Below are positions 48,471 to 58,743 of a stretch of 64,000 nt of DNA, piece after piece. Each line of letters opens with the position of its first letter. The stretch's first letter is position 1. The stretch covers positions 224,001-288,000 of the forward strand of contig CBDFJG010000004.1 in NCBI GenBank assembly GCA_965248445.1, written 5' to 3'. Source of the stretch: Planctomycetota bacterium. Its GTDB lineage: Bacteria > Planctomycetota > JAJSAM01 > JAJVHW01. A program made the position numbers and the translations under genes. The notes below the pieces were generated by a model, which saw nothing but the letters and a program-made list of their open reading frames with translations, did not search any database and had not been told where the DNA came from.

Positions 48471-50678
48471 TCAGTCGTTCGGGAGCTTTGCGGGCTTCGC
48501 GAGCTTGGCGCGCAGCTTTCGTCGCGTGGCGACGAAGTCCGTGACGGCGTCGGCCATGGACGCAACATCGTCGGCGAGGACGAACACGCTGATTGGGAAC
48601 TGCACGCCGGCGTCCTTGGGCACGGAGCTGACGAAGAACCCCTCGTCCGCGAGTGCGTTCACGGTCTCGAAGTCCGTCGCCGGCTTGATCGTCACGCGCA
48701 CCCGCAACGCGTCGTCCTTCCTCTGCAACTTCACCTTCGCATCGGCGGTACTCGCCTTTTTGCTCCCGGACGTCTGGAACTTCCGGAGGACGCCCCCGAT
48801 CCAGACCGTGATCTGATCAGGGAAGGTCGTCTCACTCGTGTACGGGAGCGTGCCGTCGAGTGTGACCTTGTCGACGAACCCCGTTCGCGTCACGCGCAGC
48901 GAGACCTGCAACTTGCGCAGAGTGAGAGTCTCCAGTTCGACCGGCGCGGCGCCGACGGGCGTCTGCCCGGGGTCGTCCACGAACGCCTCATCCACTTCCG
49001 CCTCGAGTCCGTTGGGGAACTGGTCGGCGTCACGGTCAGCCGACGAGAGACCCACGATGTCGATGGAGATCGTCGCGCCGAACGTGCCGAGGTCTTCCAC
49101 CGTCAGCAGCGCGGACTCGGAGAACTCGGCGGGGCCGGTCGGCGTTCCCGTGATCGTCAGCGCGATCGGGTCGAACACGAGCCCGCCAGGAAGTCCGGCG
49201 GTGTCGAAGTCGGCGGCAGTGAGCATCCCCCCACGCAGCGCGATCCGCGCGCGGAACGGCCGTCCTTCCACTCCCCTGAACGTGGAGCTCAGGAACGACA
49301 GGTCACCGGGAGGGGAGACGCCGGAAGCGCTCTCGAATGCGCCACGGTCGACGCCCGGGCCGATGACGCGGCCCCGGCCCATGGCATCGGTCTCCTCGGG
49401 GTCGGCCACGTACGCGGGATCGCCCGAGTCGATCAGCGGTGAACCGGGGAACGGGGTCGTGTCGATGCCGCCTCCGCTGTTCGTCGCGATGATCGGATCC
49501 GCGACGACGGAACTGCCTCCGTCGCCATTCGCGGCGGAGAACGCCGCCAGGCCCTGGTAGTCCTTGCGGTTCCACTCGAACCGGAGCGCGCCCGGGTGCC
49601 CGTTGCTCCACCAGACATTGCGCGCGAACGTGATCGCGTTCGTGTCGGCGGCCTTGAACGGGTTGGTGACGCCGAGGCTCTGCGCGGTCGTCACGACGAG
49701 ATTGTCGGTGAACCACACTCCGGTCGCCTTCTGCACGAGGATCTCACCGGTACCCGAGTCCGTCGTGCCGCCCTTCGCCTCGCTCGCCACCTCGATTCCG
49801 ATGTCGCAGAGACTGACGACATTCGCCTCGATCAGGATGTCCTCGCCTCCGTCGACGTAGATGCCGCCCGCACTGAGATCGCCCCGGTAGAACGGGTTGC
49901 CGTCCGTGGAGCAGTCGAACACGTCGTTCTCGCGGATGACGCCGTTGCGCGCGCGGTCGTCGGAAGGCGCGGTGCCCTCGAGTCCGATCGCGTCGATCCC
50001 GATGTTGTCGCACGCGCTCAGGAAGTTGCCGCGGATCAGGAAGCCATCGACGTTCCCGTTGACCACCAGCGCCTCGCTCGCGCCGAGAGTGAGGTTTGTC
50101 AGAGAGCACCCTTCGACGGTGACGTTGGTCAGCGGAGCGGCGCTTCGGCCGTACACAGCGATGCCGTGGGCGTTCCGCTCTCCGCTCCCGTTGTTCGCGA
50201 TTCCCGCGACCGAGCAGTCGACGATCTCGATGTCCGAGGCCGTGCCGGCCACGTTCTCGACGAGAATGCCGCCCACGAGGTCGTCACCGCGGTCGGTCGA
50301 GAGTCCGCTGATGCTGAAACCCTCGACGCGCACGTGGTGGATGTCGCTGAGACGCACCATCCACGTCTCCTCACCCGCGACTGCCAGCCCGGGTCCCCGG
50401 ATCTCGGCACCACCCGCGACCTCTGAGCGGAAGGTGATCCAGCCCAGGGTCTCGTCGCCGGAGACACTGACGCTGACCGTCTCGACGTAAACGCCGGACC
50501 GGACCATGACGACGTCGCCGGGCGCCGCGCTGTCGGCCGCGTGCTGGATCGTCAGCCAGGGCTCCGCGTCCGTGCCGGGGTTCGCGTCATCGCCTCCGGG
50601 CGCAACGAACCGGTCCGCCCCGAGGGCGGGTGAAGCGATGAACACGAGTAACGCGGCGGCGGCCCGGTGCATCGGCAC
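48471..50678 (-). CDS. Secreted right-handed beta-helix protein with Ig-like domain
   Basis: GDDANPGT..PWLTIQHAAD, parallel beta-helix repeats, DRGAFE, GLPGGL..ITGTPT. Confidence 0.8.
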   Translation of the reverse strand: MPMHRAAAALLVFIASPALGADRFVAPGGDDANPGTDAEPWLTIQHAADSAAPGDVVMVRSGVYVETVSVSVSGDETLGWITFRSEVAGGAEIRGPGLAVAGEETWMVRLSDIHHVRVEGFSISGLSTDRGDDLVGGILVENVAGTASDIEIVDCSVAGIANNGSGERNAHGIAVYGRSAAPLTNVTVEGCSLTNLTLGASEALVVNGNVDGFLIRGNFLSACDNIGIDAIGLEGTAPSDDRARNGVIRENDVFDCSTDGNPFYRGDLSAGGIYVDGGEDILIEANVVSLCDIGIEVASEAKGGTTDSGTGEILVQKATGVWFTDNLVVTTAQSLGVTNPFKAADTNAITFARNVWWSNGHPGALRFEWNRKDYQGLAAFSAANGDGGSSVVADPIIATNSGGGIDTTPFPGSPLIDSGDPAYVADPEETDAMGRGRVIGPGVDRGAFESASGVSPPGDLSFLSSTFRGVEGRPFRARIALRGGMLTAADFDTAGLPGGLVFDPIALTITGTPTGPAEFSESALLTVEDLGTFGATISIDIVGLSSADRDADQFPNGLEAEVDEAFVDDPGQTPVGAAPVELETLTLRKLQVSLRVTRTGFVDKVTLDGTLPYTSETTFPDQITVWIGGVLRKFQTSGSKKASTADAKVKLQRKDDALRVRVTIKPATDFETVNALADEGFFVSSVPKDAGVQFPISVFVLADDVASMADAVTDFVATRRKLRAKLAKPAKLPND

Positions 50679-50695
50679 AGGCTACACCGAGAGGG

Positions 50696-51100
50696 TCACT
50701 CGACCGCGGCGAGCCACTCGCTCACCCGCTCTCGCAATCGTCCCTCACGAAACGTGTTCCACTTCGAGGCGGCGTCGGGTCCGACCTGCGGGAGCGCCTT
50801 CACGAAGCGCTTCGTCGCACCCTGCTTGCTGTCGAGAAGGCGGGAGATCCGGTCGTCGTCGGACTCGTCGACAAACTCCTGCATCCACACGAAGTCCTGA
50901 GTCGTCGTGATCGGAGGCACCCCTGCGAAGCGGTTCTCGTCGTCCTCCACCTCTTGCGCGGTCACGTCCCGGACGTTGCAGCGCCCGTCCTCGACGCGCA
51001 CGACCCGCCGCTCGTGGCGGTCGAGGAAGTAGGACACCAGAGGATCGCCGGCCACGAAGGCGGCGCGCAGCGCGGTCAGAAGATCGGCGGCACCGGACAC
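50696..51100 (-). CDS. UPF0158-like protein
   Basis: YFLDR, WMQEFV, GA.KRF, W..FR..RLRE...WL. Confidence 0.65.
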   Translation of the reverse strand: MSGAADLLTALRAAFVAGDPLVSYFLDRHERRVVRVEDGRCNVRDVTAQEVEDDENRFAGVPPITTTQDFVWMQEFVDESDDDRISRLLDSKQGATKRFVKALPQVGPDAASKWNTFREGRLRERVSEWLAAVE

Positions 51101-51109
51101 AAGAGCCCG

Positions 51110-51481
51110 CTACGTGGAGTCGCGCCCCCGTCGCGGCGCCCGGTCGCGCGTGCGAAGGCGAGCGCGGTCGCGATCGTTCTCCCAGCGCGCGACGACGAAG
51201 TGCACCTCGTCGCGTTCGCCGCCGTCATCGGTCTCGACGCGCATCGGGACGATGTCCTGGAGGTCCCACTCCGGGCCAAGCGCGAGCCACTGGTTGGCCT
51301 CGGTGTCGGTGCGGCAATAGTGCACCTCAGCGATCCGTTCGAGCTTGGCCTGGCCGGGACGGCGGTTGCGCCGCCGGCCCTTCTTCGTGCCACGCGTCCC
51401 CTCGTCCGAAGGCCGCTCCGGCAGACCCTCGGGGGCCCTGCCTTCGGCTGCATCTGTCTCGGGATCGGTGCGCTCGTCCAT
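51110..51481 (-). CDS. Hypothetical protein
   Basis: Plausible ORF MDERTDPE... in a co-directional gene run. Confidence 0.5.
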   Translation of the reverse strand: MDERTDPETDAAEGRAPEGLPERPSDEGTRGTKKGRRRNRRPGQAKLERIAEVHYCRTDTEANQWLALGPEWDLQDIVPMRVETDDGGERDEVHFVVARWENDRDRARLRTRDRAPRRGRDST

Positions 51482-51494
51482 GGGACCGCGGAGT

Positions 51495-52688
51495 CTACTT
51501 GCTCTTCCGGGTCTCGCGCTTTCTACCGGCGGCCCAAGCGAGCAGCAGGCCGACCAGGATGGCGGTGGCGAGGGTCTCGGCCCACGGGAACGGCCGGCCG
51601 GAGGGAAGCTCCTGTCGAAGCGCGCCGGCAGGTCCGAGCCCCGGAGCCCACGGGACGGGGTCCATCTCGGCGGGCTCGCCCGCGCCCCACGCGGCCATGG
51701 CGCGAGCCATCGGGTACGTCGGCGGCTGCGCCTCCATGCGTCCGGCGAGCAGCGTGACCGGTTGCGGTGCGTCCGCCGGGAACCACAGGCGCCTCGCCGG
51801 CACGTACGCGGAGATCGCGGCGATGCGTGCGGATTGCGGATCGCGCAACGGGATGCGGAACCGCACCCACCGGGACATCGCTCCTCCGGCAGCGACGACG
51901 TGCCCATGCACGCGGCCGGGCGGGGCGGCACCGTCCGCCATGAACGGCAGGACACGCCAGTCGTTCGAGTCCGGGTGTCGCGCGTCGTAGACGGTTACCG
52001 CACCCGCAGCGTCCCCTTCGACCTCGATGCGCACCTCGATGTCCGGGCCGCGGCGCACGCGCAGGTCGAGCATCACATCGATGCCCCGCGCACTGACGAC
52101 GTGGTCCACCACCTCGGGCTGGATCGCGACGCGCGGGGTGTCGACGGCGTCCCACTCGGCGATGATCCGGCGCCGCGCGGCGGTCGTGACGTGGAGCAGC
52201 CTCCCGACGAACGGCGGAAGCGGAACGACACGGTCGGCGCCGTCCGTCTTCGCACCACCCGCGACCAGAATCGAGGTCATGCGGTCCGGCCGGACACCCG
52301 CGTCCACCACGACGGCGCCCGAGTCCGCCGCACCGCCGATCAGGCGCAAGCGCGCCGGCGCCGGACCGGGGCCCGGGAGCATCACGCCGACCGTCACGCG
52401 ACCGTCGTTCGCCTCCGCCTGCGTGTACTCGGAGAGCTCGACCGATTCGGGCGGCGGCCCCGCCGTGTAGACGAGCCGCTCGATCTCCTTGCCGTCGGGT
52501 CCGACAAGCCGCAGATCGTCATCGCCGTGCCGCAGGTACGCGCGCAGTACGGACGGAACGTCGAGATGCACCCACTCGCGCGCTCCATCGGGGACGCTCA
52601 CCTCGCGACGGATCAGGACATCCGGTCCGTCGACCTCACCGCCGGCGACGAGCAGGAGGGCAAGGGCGGCGGGTAGCAAGCGACGCAT
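51495..52688 (-). CDS. Exported protein with C-terminal membrane anchor
   Basis: Signal peptide MRRLLPAAL, DLRLVGPDGKE, C-terminal TM and basic tail. Confidence 0.55.
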   Translation of the reverse strand: MRRLLPAALALLLVAGGEVDGPDVLIRREVSVPDGAREWVHLDVPSVLRAYLRHGDDDLRLVGPDGKEIERLVYTAGPPPESVELSEYTQAEANDGRVTVGVMLPGPGPAPARLRLIGGAADSGAVVVDAGVRPDRMTSILVAGGAKTDGADRVVPLPPFVGRLLHVTTAARRRIIAEWDAVDTPRVAIQPEVVDHVVSARGIDVMLDLRVRRGPDIEVRIEVEGDAAGAVTVYDARHPDSNDWRVLPFMADGAAPPGRVHGHVVAAGGAMSRWVRFRIPLRDPQSARIAAISAYVPARRLWFPADAPQPVTLLAGRMEAQPPTYPMARAMAAWGAGEPAEMDPVPWAPGLGPAGALRQELPSGRPFPWAETLATAILVGLLLAWAAGRKRETRKSK

Positions 52689-52742
52689 GGCAAATGGTGT
52701 ACCCGATGGGTGTGCAGCCGAGGCATGCGAACAGCGGTCGCT

Positions 52743-52770
52743 GTAGGGGCGGGGCGCTGCCCCGCCCGCG
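52743..52770 (+). repeat. GTAG-type REP-like palindrome, copy 2
   Basis: GTAGGGGCGGGGCGCTGCCCCGCCCGCG, intergenic. Confidence 0.65.
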
Positions 52771-52783
52771 ATCGGACCAGCGT

Positions 52784-54469
52784 TCACGGCAGGAGTCGCG
52801 GGCGCCACGATCCGAACGGCGGGAACGGGAACACGATCAGAGCGGCGCGGCCGCGGAGGTTCGCGCGCGGGACGAACGGCATCGGCGTCGGCCCCTCCTC
52901 GCCGAGCACGTCGGCCCGGGGGATGCTGCGCGCGACGCCGTGGCGGTCGATGAACCTCAGTTCCTTGCTCGTTCGGCGAATGTTCGCGTCCTGCCCGCCT
53001 TGCATGTTGGGGAGGTAGTCCGCTGCCACCAGCGGCTCGTCCATGCCGCGGACGCGGAAGCTGCGGCCGGTCCACGCGCGGCTGTCCTCGGACTGCTTGG
53101 CGTTGTCTCCGAGCATGAAGAACGAGTCGGGATCCACCGTCCACGCAAACGTGCCGTCCGCCGCAGGCAGGTAGAACAGGTCCTGCGCGAGCACGACCCG
53201 CGAGATGTTCATCGCGCCGCCGCTCCCCCCCACCGCCGCACCATGCTTGCGGCCGCTGCCGCGCGGAACGTCGAGTTCGCCGACAACCGCGCCGTCGAGC
53301 AGGGCGCGCGCAACGCCGTCTGCGACCTCCAGCGCGACGCGCGTGCTGCCGGACACGGCCGCGGAGAATTCCGCTTCCGCTTGCCCGCCCACGGAGAGCC
53401 GCCCCTTGCCGTTCGATCCGCACTCGAACGTCACCTCGGTGCCCCGCGTGATGACCCGCGCAATGACGCGAGCGCTGTCGTCATCGGGTTCCGCGGTGAA
53501 CGCGACGCGGAGATCCGGCGTCGTGACCCGTCCCCTGTACCTCAGCAAGCCCGCGCGATCGCCCCGGGGCTCGAACCGCAGCACGCCTTCCTTGACGCGC
53601 TTGAACCCGTCGTCCTCCGATGCGGTCCACGCTTCCGCGATCTTGCGCTGCTTGCCGACACCGTCCCGGCTCGGGAAGACCTCACGCCAGACACTGGCCT
53701 GCACTGCGGGCGGCTTCCTCGCGATCGTGCCGTCGATGACCACGTCGCCGTCGATGATCTCCACGTCCTCACCCGGAAGACCGATGAGGCGTTTGACGAA
53801 CGGTACGTGCTCGCCGAGCGGGTACGCGAAGACCACGATCTCGAAGCGACGGGGCGCGCGGAGGTGGTAGACGGCGCGGTCCACCAGCACGTGATCGCCT
53901 GACCGTCCCTTCCCCGCGACCATATGGTTGCCGTAGATCGTCGGCTGCATCGATCCCGTCGGCACGGCCGTGTGTTCGACGACGACCATCCAGAAGACGA
54001 TGGCGGTCGCGACGGCGTACGCGATGCGCTCGATCCGGAACGCGCGGCCACTGACGTCCTTGGGCGGCCCGCGAGGATCCGGTGGCGGCGCCGGCACCGG
54101 TGGCATGCGGCGGCGCAGCGCGGACAGCGCCACCGCGACGAACGCGGCCGCGCCGAGAAGCACACCCCACGCTGCCCCGAAAACGAACACGACGGCGCCC
54201 GCTCCGAGCAATCCGGCGGCGGCGATCGCGTCCCCCCGCGACCGCGTCATCACCAGGTGCGCGATGATCGCTACTGCCGCGTACGTCAGCACCAGCGCGT
54301 TGACGTGAGCCAGCGTGCCGGTGCCGAGTTCCCGCGCCCGCGGGAGCAAGCCGGAGACGAGCGCTGTGGTGGCGGCGGCGTTGCGCAGTCGCCTGCCGAC
54401 CCGCGACCGGTCCGCCGGCATCAGCGCATCCGCGACCGGCGACAGCACGTAGGCGAAGAAGGCTCTCAC
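52784..54469 (-). CDS. lepB: Signal peptidase I with large insertion
   Basis: VPTGSMQPT, FVKRLIGLPGE, LGDN..SEDSR. Confidence 0.88.
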   Translation of the reverse strand: MRAFFAYVLSPVADALMPADRSRVGRRLRNAAATTALVSGLLPRARELGTGTLAHVNALVLTYAAVAIIAHLVMTRSRGDAIAAAGLLGAGAVVFVFGAAWGVLLGAAAFVAVALSALRRRMPPVPAPPPDPRGPPKDVSGRAFRIERIAYAVATAIVFWMVVVEHTAVPTGSMQPTIYGNHMVAGKGRSGDHVLVDRAVYHLRAPRRFEIVVFAYPLGEHVPFVKRLIGLPGEDVEIIDGDVVIDGTIARKPPAVQASVWREVFPSRDGVGKQRKIAEAWTASEDDGFKRVKEGVLRFEPRGDRAGLLRYRGRVTTPDLRVAFTAEPDDDSARVIARVITRGTEVTFECGSNGKGRLSVGGQAEAEFSAAVSGSTRVALEVADGVARALLDGAVVGELDVPRGSGRKHGAAVGGSGGAMNISRVVLAQDLFYLPAADGTFAWTVDPDSFFMLGDNAKQSEDSRAWTGRSFRVRGMDEPLVAADYLPNMQGGQDANIRRTSKELRFIDRHGVARSIPRADVLGEEGPTPMPFVPRANLRGRAALIVFPFPPFGSWRPRLLP

Positions 54470-54476
54470 TGGCCGG

Positions 54477-56252
54477 TTACTTACCCAGGTCGCCGTAGAA
54501 GCGCCACTTCGTCTCGTGGTTCAGCGACAGCGGTGCGTCGGACAGCGCCGCCCTCACGAACTCCACGGGGATCGAGTTCTGCTCGAGCACACGATCGTGG
54601 AACGTCCGCTCCGTCATCCGGCCGGACTCGACGAGTTCCCGGTGCAGTGCCCGGATCTGCTGCCCGCCGATCATGTACGCGCACTGGTAGAGCGGCCCGT
54701 AACCGCCGGAGATGTAGCGGCGCACTTCGCTCTCGGCCGCGCTCTTCTCGTGACCGACGACGTCCACCAGGTAGTCGACCATCTCGCTGGGTTCCATCTC
54801 GCCGAGGTGGAACTTGATGGTGACCACGATCCGCGCGCAGCGGTGCTTGCGCCAGAAGAGCATGCCGACCCGGTCCTCAGGGCCGCGCGGCCAGTCGAGA
54901 TCCCACAGCCGCATCTCCCAGTAGAGCGCCCAGCCCTCGACGAAGAACGGCGTGCGAAAGGCCTGGCGCTGCGCGTTCGCGCGATCCGCCACGAACAACT
55001 GCAGGTGGTGCCCCGGGATGAGCTCGTGCGGCGTAACGATCCGGGAGAAGTGCTCGTTGTTCCCGCGCATGCTCATCAGCTTGTCGCTGTGAGACATGTC
55101 CTCGGTGGCATACGCCACGTGCATGCGCTGCCCGGAGTACGCGGCGTACGGAAGGGTCTTCTGTCCCTTCGAGGAGATCATGTCCAGGTACCACGCCTCT
55201 TTGCAGAGCGGCGGCACCGTCAACAGCTCACGGCTCTCCACGAACTCGATCGCCTCCTTGGACTGACGCGCCACGAGGTCATCCATCTCGCCCGGCTCGG
55301 CGTGCAGCGACTTGACGTGCGCGAGCAGCGCCTTCCAGTCGTCTCCGGGCAGCTTCTCGGTGAGTTCCTTTGCCCGCGCGCGGCACCAGTCCATCTCGCG
55401 CTCGGCGATCGCGAGCAGTTCGTCAGGGCCGTAGGGCATCGACTCCTCGCGGATAGCTGCGGTCAGAGCCTCGCGGCCGATGGGGTCGCCGAACAGGTCG
55501 CCCCCCTCTTTCTTCACGCCGGCAACGGTCTCGCGCAGGTGCTTCGCGTACTCGTCGAGGGCGGTCTTCGCCGCCTTGTGCGGCGCGCGATTCCACCAGC
55601 CGAACTCCGGTTCGTATCCGTCTCGGTACTCGAACCACGTCTTGAGCGTCCTGGTCAGTCGGTCCACGGCGCGCGCCGCGCGGAAGGCCTGGTGCTTCGA
55701 CGGATGGAGAGCGTCGGCGTTTTCCTCCGCGTCCTTCTCCTTGGGGTCCTTCTCCTTCGCGGGCTTCTTCACGCGGTCCGTCAGCGCCTTGGCCGCATCC
55801 GCGATCGACGAGAGCACGCCTGCCGCGTCGCGGGCGGACACCGACTCCATGCGGCGGCGGGCCTCCTCGAGCTTCACGACGTCATCGGCGAAGGGAACGA
55901 GGCCGGCGATCTCCGCTTCACGTGCCGCCTCGGTCTCGAGTCGCCGCAACGACGTCCGCACGCGGTTGCGCAGCAGCAGCAGGTCGATCTGTGCCGGGCG
56001 CGAGAGCGACGCGAAGCCATCGCGCTGCGCCTCGATGCGCGCCTGCCAGCCCGTGAGGAAGCGGCGCATCCGGTCGCGCGCCTGCGCCGAGAGGGGCACG
56101 GAGTGGAAGTCGCGCACCGTCGCCTGGTCGGCGACGAAGTTCTCGATCATCACGCGGGTGTCGAGCGGCGAATCGTCCGCCCGGGCCGGCGCACCTGCCA
56201 GGACCGCCGCGACCATCGAGAGGGCGGCGAGGTGGAGCGTTCTGCGCATCAT
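54477..56252 (-). CDS. DUF885 family protein
   Basis: HELIPGHHLQ, FVEGWALYWE, EVRRY, AYMIG. Confidence 0.88.
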   Translation of the reverse strand: MMRRTLHLAALSMVAAVLAGAPARADDSPLDTRVMIENFVADQATVRDFHSVPLSAQARDRMRRFLTGWQARIEAQRDGFASLSRPAQIDLLLLRNRVRTSLRRLETEAAREAEIAGLVPFADDVVKLEEARRRMESVSARDAAGVLSSIADAAKALTDRVKKPAKEKDPKEKDAEENADALHPSKHQAFRAARAVDRLTRTLKTWFEYRDGYEPEFGWWNRAPHKAAKTALDEYAKHLRETVAGVKKEGGDLFGDPIGREALTAAIREESMPYGPDELLAIAEREMDWCRARAKELTEKLPGDDWKALLAHVKSLHAEPGEMDDLVARQSKEAIEFVESRELLTVPPLCKEAWYLDMISSKGQKTLPYAAYSGQRMHVAYATEDMSHSDKLMSMRGNNEHFSRIVTPHELIPGHHLQLFVADRANAQRQAFRTPFFVEGWALYWEMRLWDLDWPRGPEDRVGMLFWRKHRCARIVVTIKFHLGEMEPSEMVDYLVDVVGHEKSAAESEVRRYISGGYGPLYQCAYMIGGQQIRALHRELVESGRMTERTFHDRVLEQNSIPVEFVRAALSDAPLSLNHETKWRFYGDLGK

Positions 56253-56279
56253 CGAGTCCTCCGGAGGCAAGATAGCCGC

Positions 56280-57332
56280 ATGCGCGTCCGTGACGTCCTC
56301 GCGACCGTGCGGCACCTGGCGCCGCGTGTACTGCTCGGGCTGGTGCTGCTGGTCGGGTGGGCCTGGTGCCTCGGTGCGATCTGGTTCTCCGAGATCGGGC
56401 CGCCTGCCGCCCGGTGGGCCGCCATGGGCCTCTTCGTGCTCGTCTTCCCGGTCCTCCTGCTGCGCGGCATGGAGGTCCGCCACGTCGTCTTCACGTTCCT
56501 GGCCGTGTTCGTCGCCGGGGTGCTGCTCTTCCACCTGCGGCGGCCGTCGCTGGAGCGGGACTGGGTGGCTGAGATGGCACGCGGCCCGGAAGTCGACGTC
56601 ACCGGCGACCGTGTCACGGTCACGAACGTCCGGAACTGCTTCTACCGAGGCGAGTTCGACTTCGACGTGCGGTGGGAGGTCCGCGGTTACGACCTCATGA
56701 AACTGCGAACGCTCGACTTCATGGTCGAGCGCTTCCACAAGACCGACGGACCGGCCCACACGTTTCTCTCGTTCGGCTTCGGCGATGATCCGGAGACGCG
56801 CGAGTACGTCACGGTGTCGGTCGAGATCCGCCGCGAGGAGGGCGAGTCGTTCGAGGTTCTGCGCGCTCTCTACCGGCAGTACGAACTCCTCTACGTCGTG
56901 GCCGATGAGCGGGACGTCCTGCAACTGCGCACGAACTATCGCAGGTCACGGACGTACCTGTTCCCGGTGAAGACGACCTACGAGCGCATGCGCGCGGTCT
57001 TTATCTCCATGGTCGAGCGCGCGAACGCACTCAGCCACGAGCCCGAGTACTACAACACCGCGACGAGCACGTGCACCACCAACATCGTGTCGCACGTCAA
57101 CGAGTTGTTCCCGGGTCGCGTGCCGATGCACCTGGCGGTCCTGTTGCCCGGCTACTCCGGGCGGCTGGCGCACGAGATCGGTGCGGTAGACCTGGCCGCG
57201 CTCGGACTCGACGGCGAGATCGACTTCGCGCTCGTCGAAGAGGCGTGCCGCATCGACGACGACGCGCAAAAGTTCCCGGACGATCCCGACTTCTCGCGCA
57301 GGGTGCGCGCGGCGCGCCGCGCTGTCCGCTGA
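56280..57332 (+). CDS. DUF4105 / Lnb-like membrane protein
   Basis: N-terminal TMs, AHTFLSFGF, SVEIRRE, YNTATSTCTT. Confidence 0.85.
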   Translation: MRVRDVLATVRHLAPRVLLGLVLLVGWAWCLGAIWFSEIGPPAARWAAMGLFVLVFPVLLLRGMEVRHVVFTFLAVFVAGVLLFHLRRPSLERDWVAEMARGPEVDVTGDRVTVTNVRNCFYRGEFDFDVRWEVRGYDLMKLRTLDFMVERFHKTDGPAHTFLSFGFGDDPETREYVTVSVEIRREEGESFEVLRALYRQYELLYVVADERDVLQLRTNYRRSRTYLFPVKTTYERMRAVFISMVERANALSHEPEYYNTATSTCTTNIVSHVNELFPGRVPMHLAVLLPGYSGRLAHEIGAVDLAALGLDGEIDFALVEEACRIDDDAQKFPDDPDFSRRVRAARRAVR

Positions 57333-57339
57333 GCCCGGT

Positions 57340-58638
57340 TCACTCGGGCAGCGGACCGTTGGTGCGCACTACGTGCACGTCCCGCTGCGGGTACGGGATC
57401 GAGATGCCCTCGGCGTCGAAGCGCCGCTTGACCTCCGCCGTGACGTCCCACCGCACAGTCCAGTAGTCCGGCGTCCGCACCCACGGCCGCACGACGAAGT
57501 TGACCGACGAGTCGGCGAGCTCGTGCAGGCGGATGACGGGCGCGGGATCGTCGAGCACCTTCTCGTGCGCCGTGACGATCTCGGTCAGAACCGAACTCGC
57601 CTTCTCGATGTCGTCTTCGTACGCGACGCCGAACGTCAGGTCGATGCGGCGTTTGTCGCTCCCGGTCACGTTGGTGATGGTGCCGCCCCAGATCTTGCCG
57701 TTCGGGATGACGATCAGCTGGTTGTCGCCGCTGGTGAGCACCGTCGACACGAGGTTCATGTGCTTGACGCTGCCCTGCTCGCCGGCGGCCTTGATCCAGT
57801 CGCCGAGGTCGTACGGCTGGTAGATCAGGATCATGAGTCCGGCTGCGAAGTTGCCGAGCGTCTCCTGCAGGGCAAAGCCGAGGATGAACCCCGCGACTCC
57901 CATCGCCGCGAGCATCGGCCCCACTTCGACCTCGAGCATCGAGAGCGCAACGAGAATGCCGATCAGGAGGATGACGTTCTTCGCGATGTTGACGGCGAAC
58001 CGCTCGAGCATCTCGTTGAAGTCCATGAACGCCGTGTTCAGCAGCCGGCGCAGAACCGCCGCGACGATCTTGCCGAGCAGCCAAGCGATCACCAGCACGA
58101 GTAGGAACTTGCCGATGTTCCTGGCCCAGCGGAGGCCGCCCTCCTCGGACTTCCCCCAGCTCTTGATGGTCGTCCACGCTCCGCTCGCGTCGGTCACGTC
58201 GATCTCGGCGGTGATGTCTGCGACGGCGTCTGCGTACGCCCGGTACTCCTCGATGTCGCCGCCCTTCAGCTGCAACTCGCCGAGCACGGCTCGATTGCGG
58301 TCGTAGATGCGCGTGCGCTGGCTCACGAGCTTCGCCAGCCGTTCCCGCTTCGCCTCGAGCTCCGCGCCCTGGGCCGAGAGACTCTCGACCCGCAGCCCGC
58401 TGACCTCGATCTGGGTCGCACGCAGGAGTTGCTGCCACGCCTTCGCCTCGACCTCGAGCTGCTGCTTCGTCAGGGGCTTCAGCCGGTGAGCCAGTTCGGT
58501 GAGGTCGATCTCTTGCTGGAATGCCGTCCGGGCGTTCTCCGGCGGCGGATCTCCGTCCTGCGCCCACGCAGGGACCGCCGCGAGCGCCGCGGCGAGCGCG
58601 AGTAGGAGGGTCAGAGCGTGGGTGCGGAGGGTCTTCAT
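57340..58638 (-). CDS. mscS: Small-conductance mechanosensitive channel
   Basis: GFALQETLGNFAAG, IPNG, DSSVNF, GISIPYPQ. Confidence 0.92.
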   Translation of the reverse strand: MKTLRTHALTLLLALAAALAAVPAWAQDGDPPPENARTAFQQEIDLTELAHRLKPLTKQQLEVEAKAWQQLLRATQIEVSGLRVESLSAQGAELEAKRERLAKLVSQRTRIYDRNRAVLGELQLKGGDIEEYRAYADAVADITAEIDVTDASGAWTTIKSWGKSEEGGLRWARNIGKFLLVLVIAWLLGKIVAAVLRRLLNTAFMDFNEMLERFAVNIAKNVILLIGILVALSMLEVEVGPMLAAMGVAGFILGFALQETLGNFAAGLMILIYQPYDLGDWIKAAGEQGSVKHMNLVSTVLTSGDNQLIVIPNGKIWGGTITNVTGSDKRRIDLTFGVAYEDDIEKASSVLTEIVTAHEKVLDDPAPVIRLHELADSSVNFVVRPWVRTPDYWTVRWDVTAEVKRRFDAEGISIPYPQRDVHVVRTNGPLPE

Positions 58639-58743
58639 GGGCGCCTCGGGGGAGGTCCTCTCTCTAGCACGCCTCGTGCGACCGCGCGGGCTGTTAACGT
58701 CCGTGGCGCCGGGCGGGCGGTTGGTGAGGCTCCCTGCCCGCGC

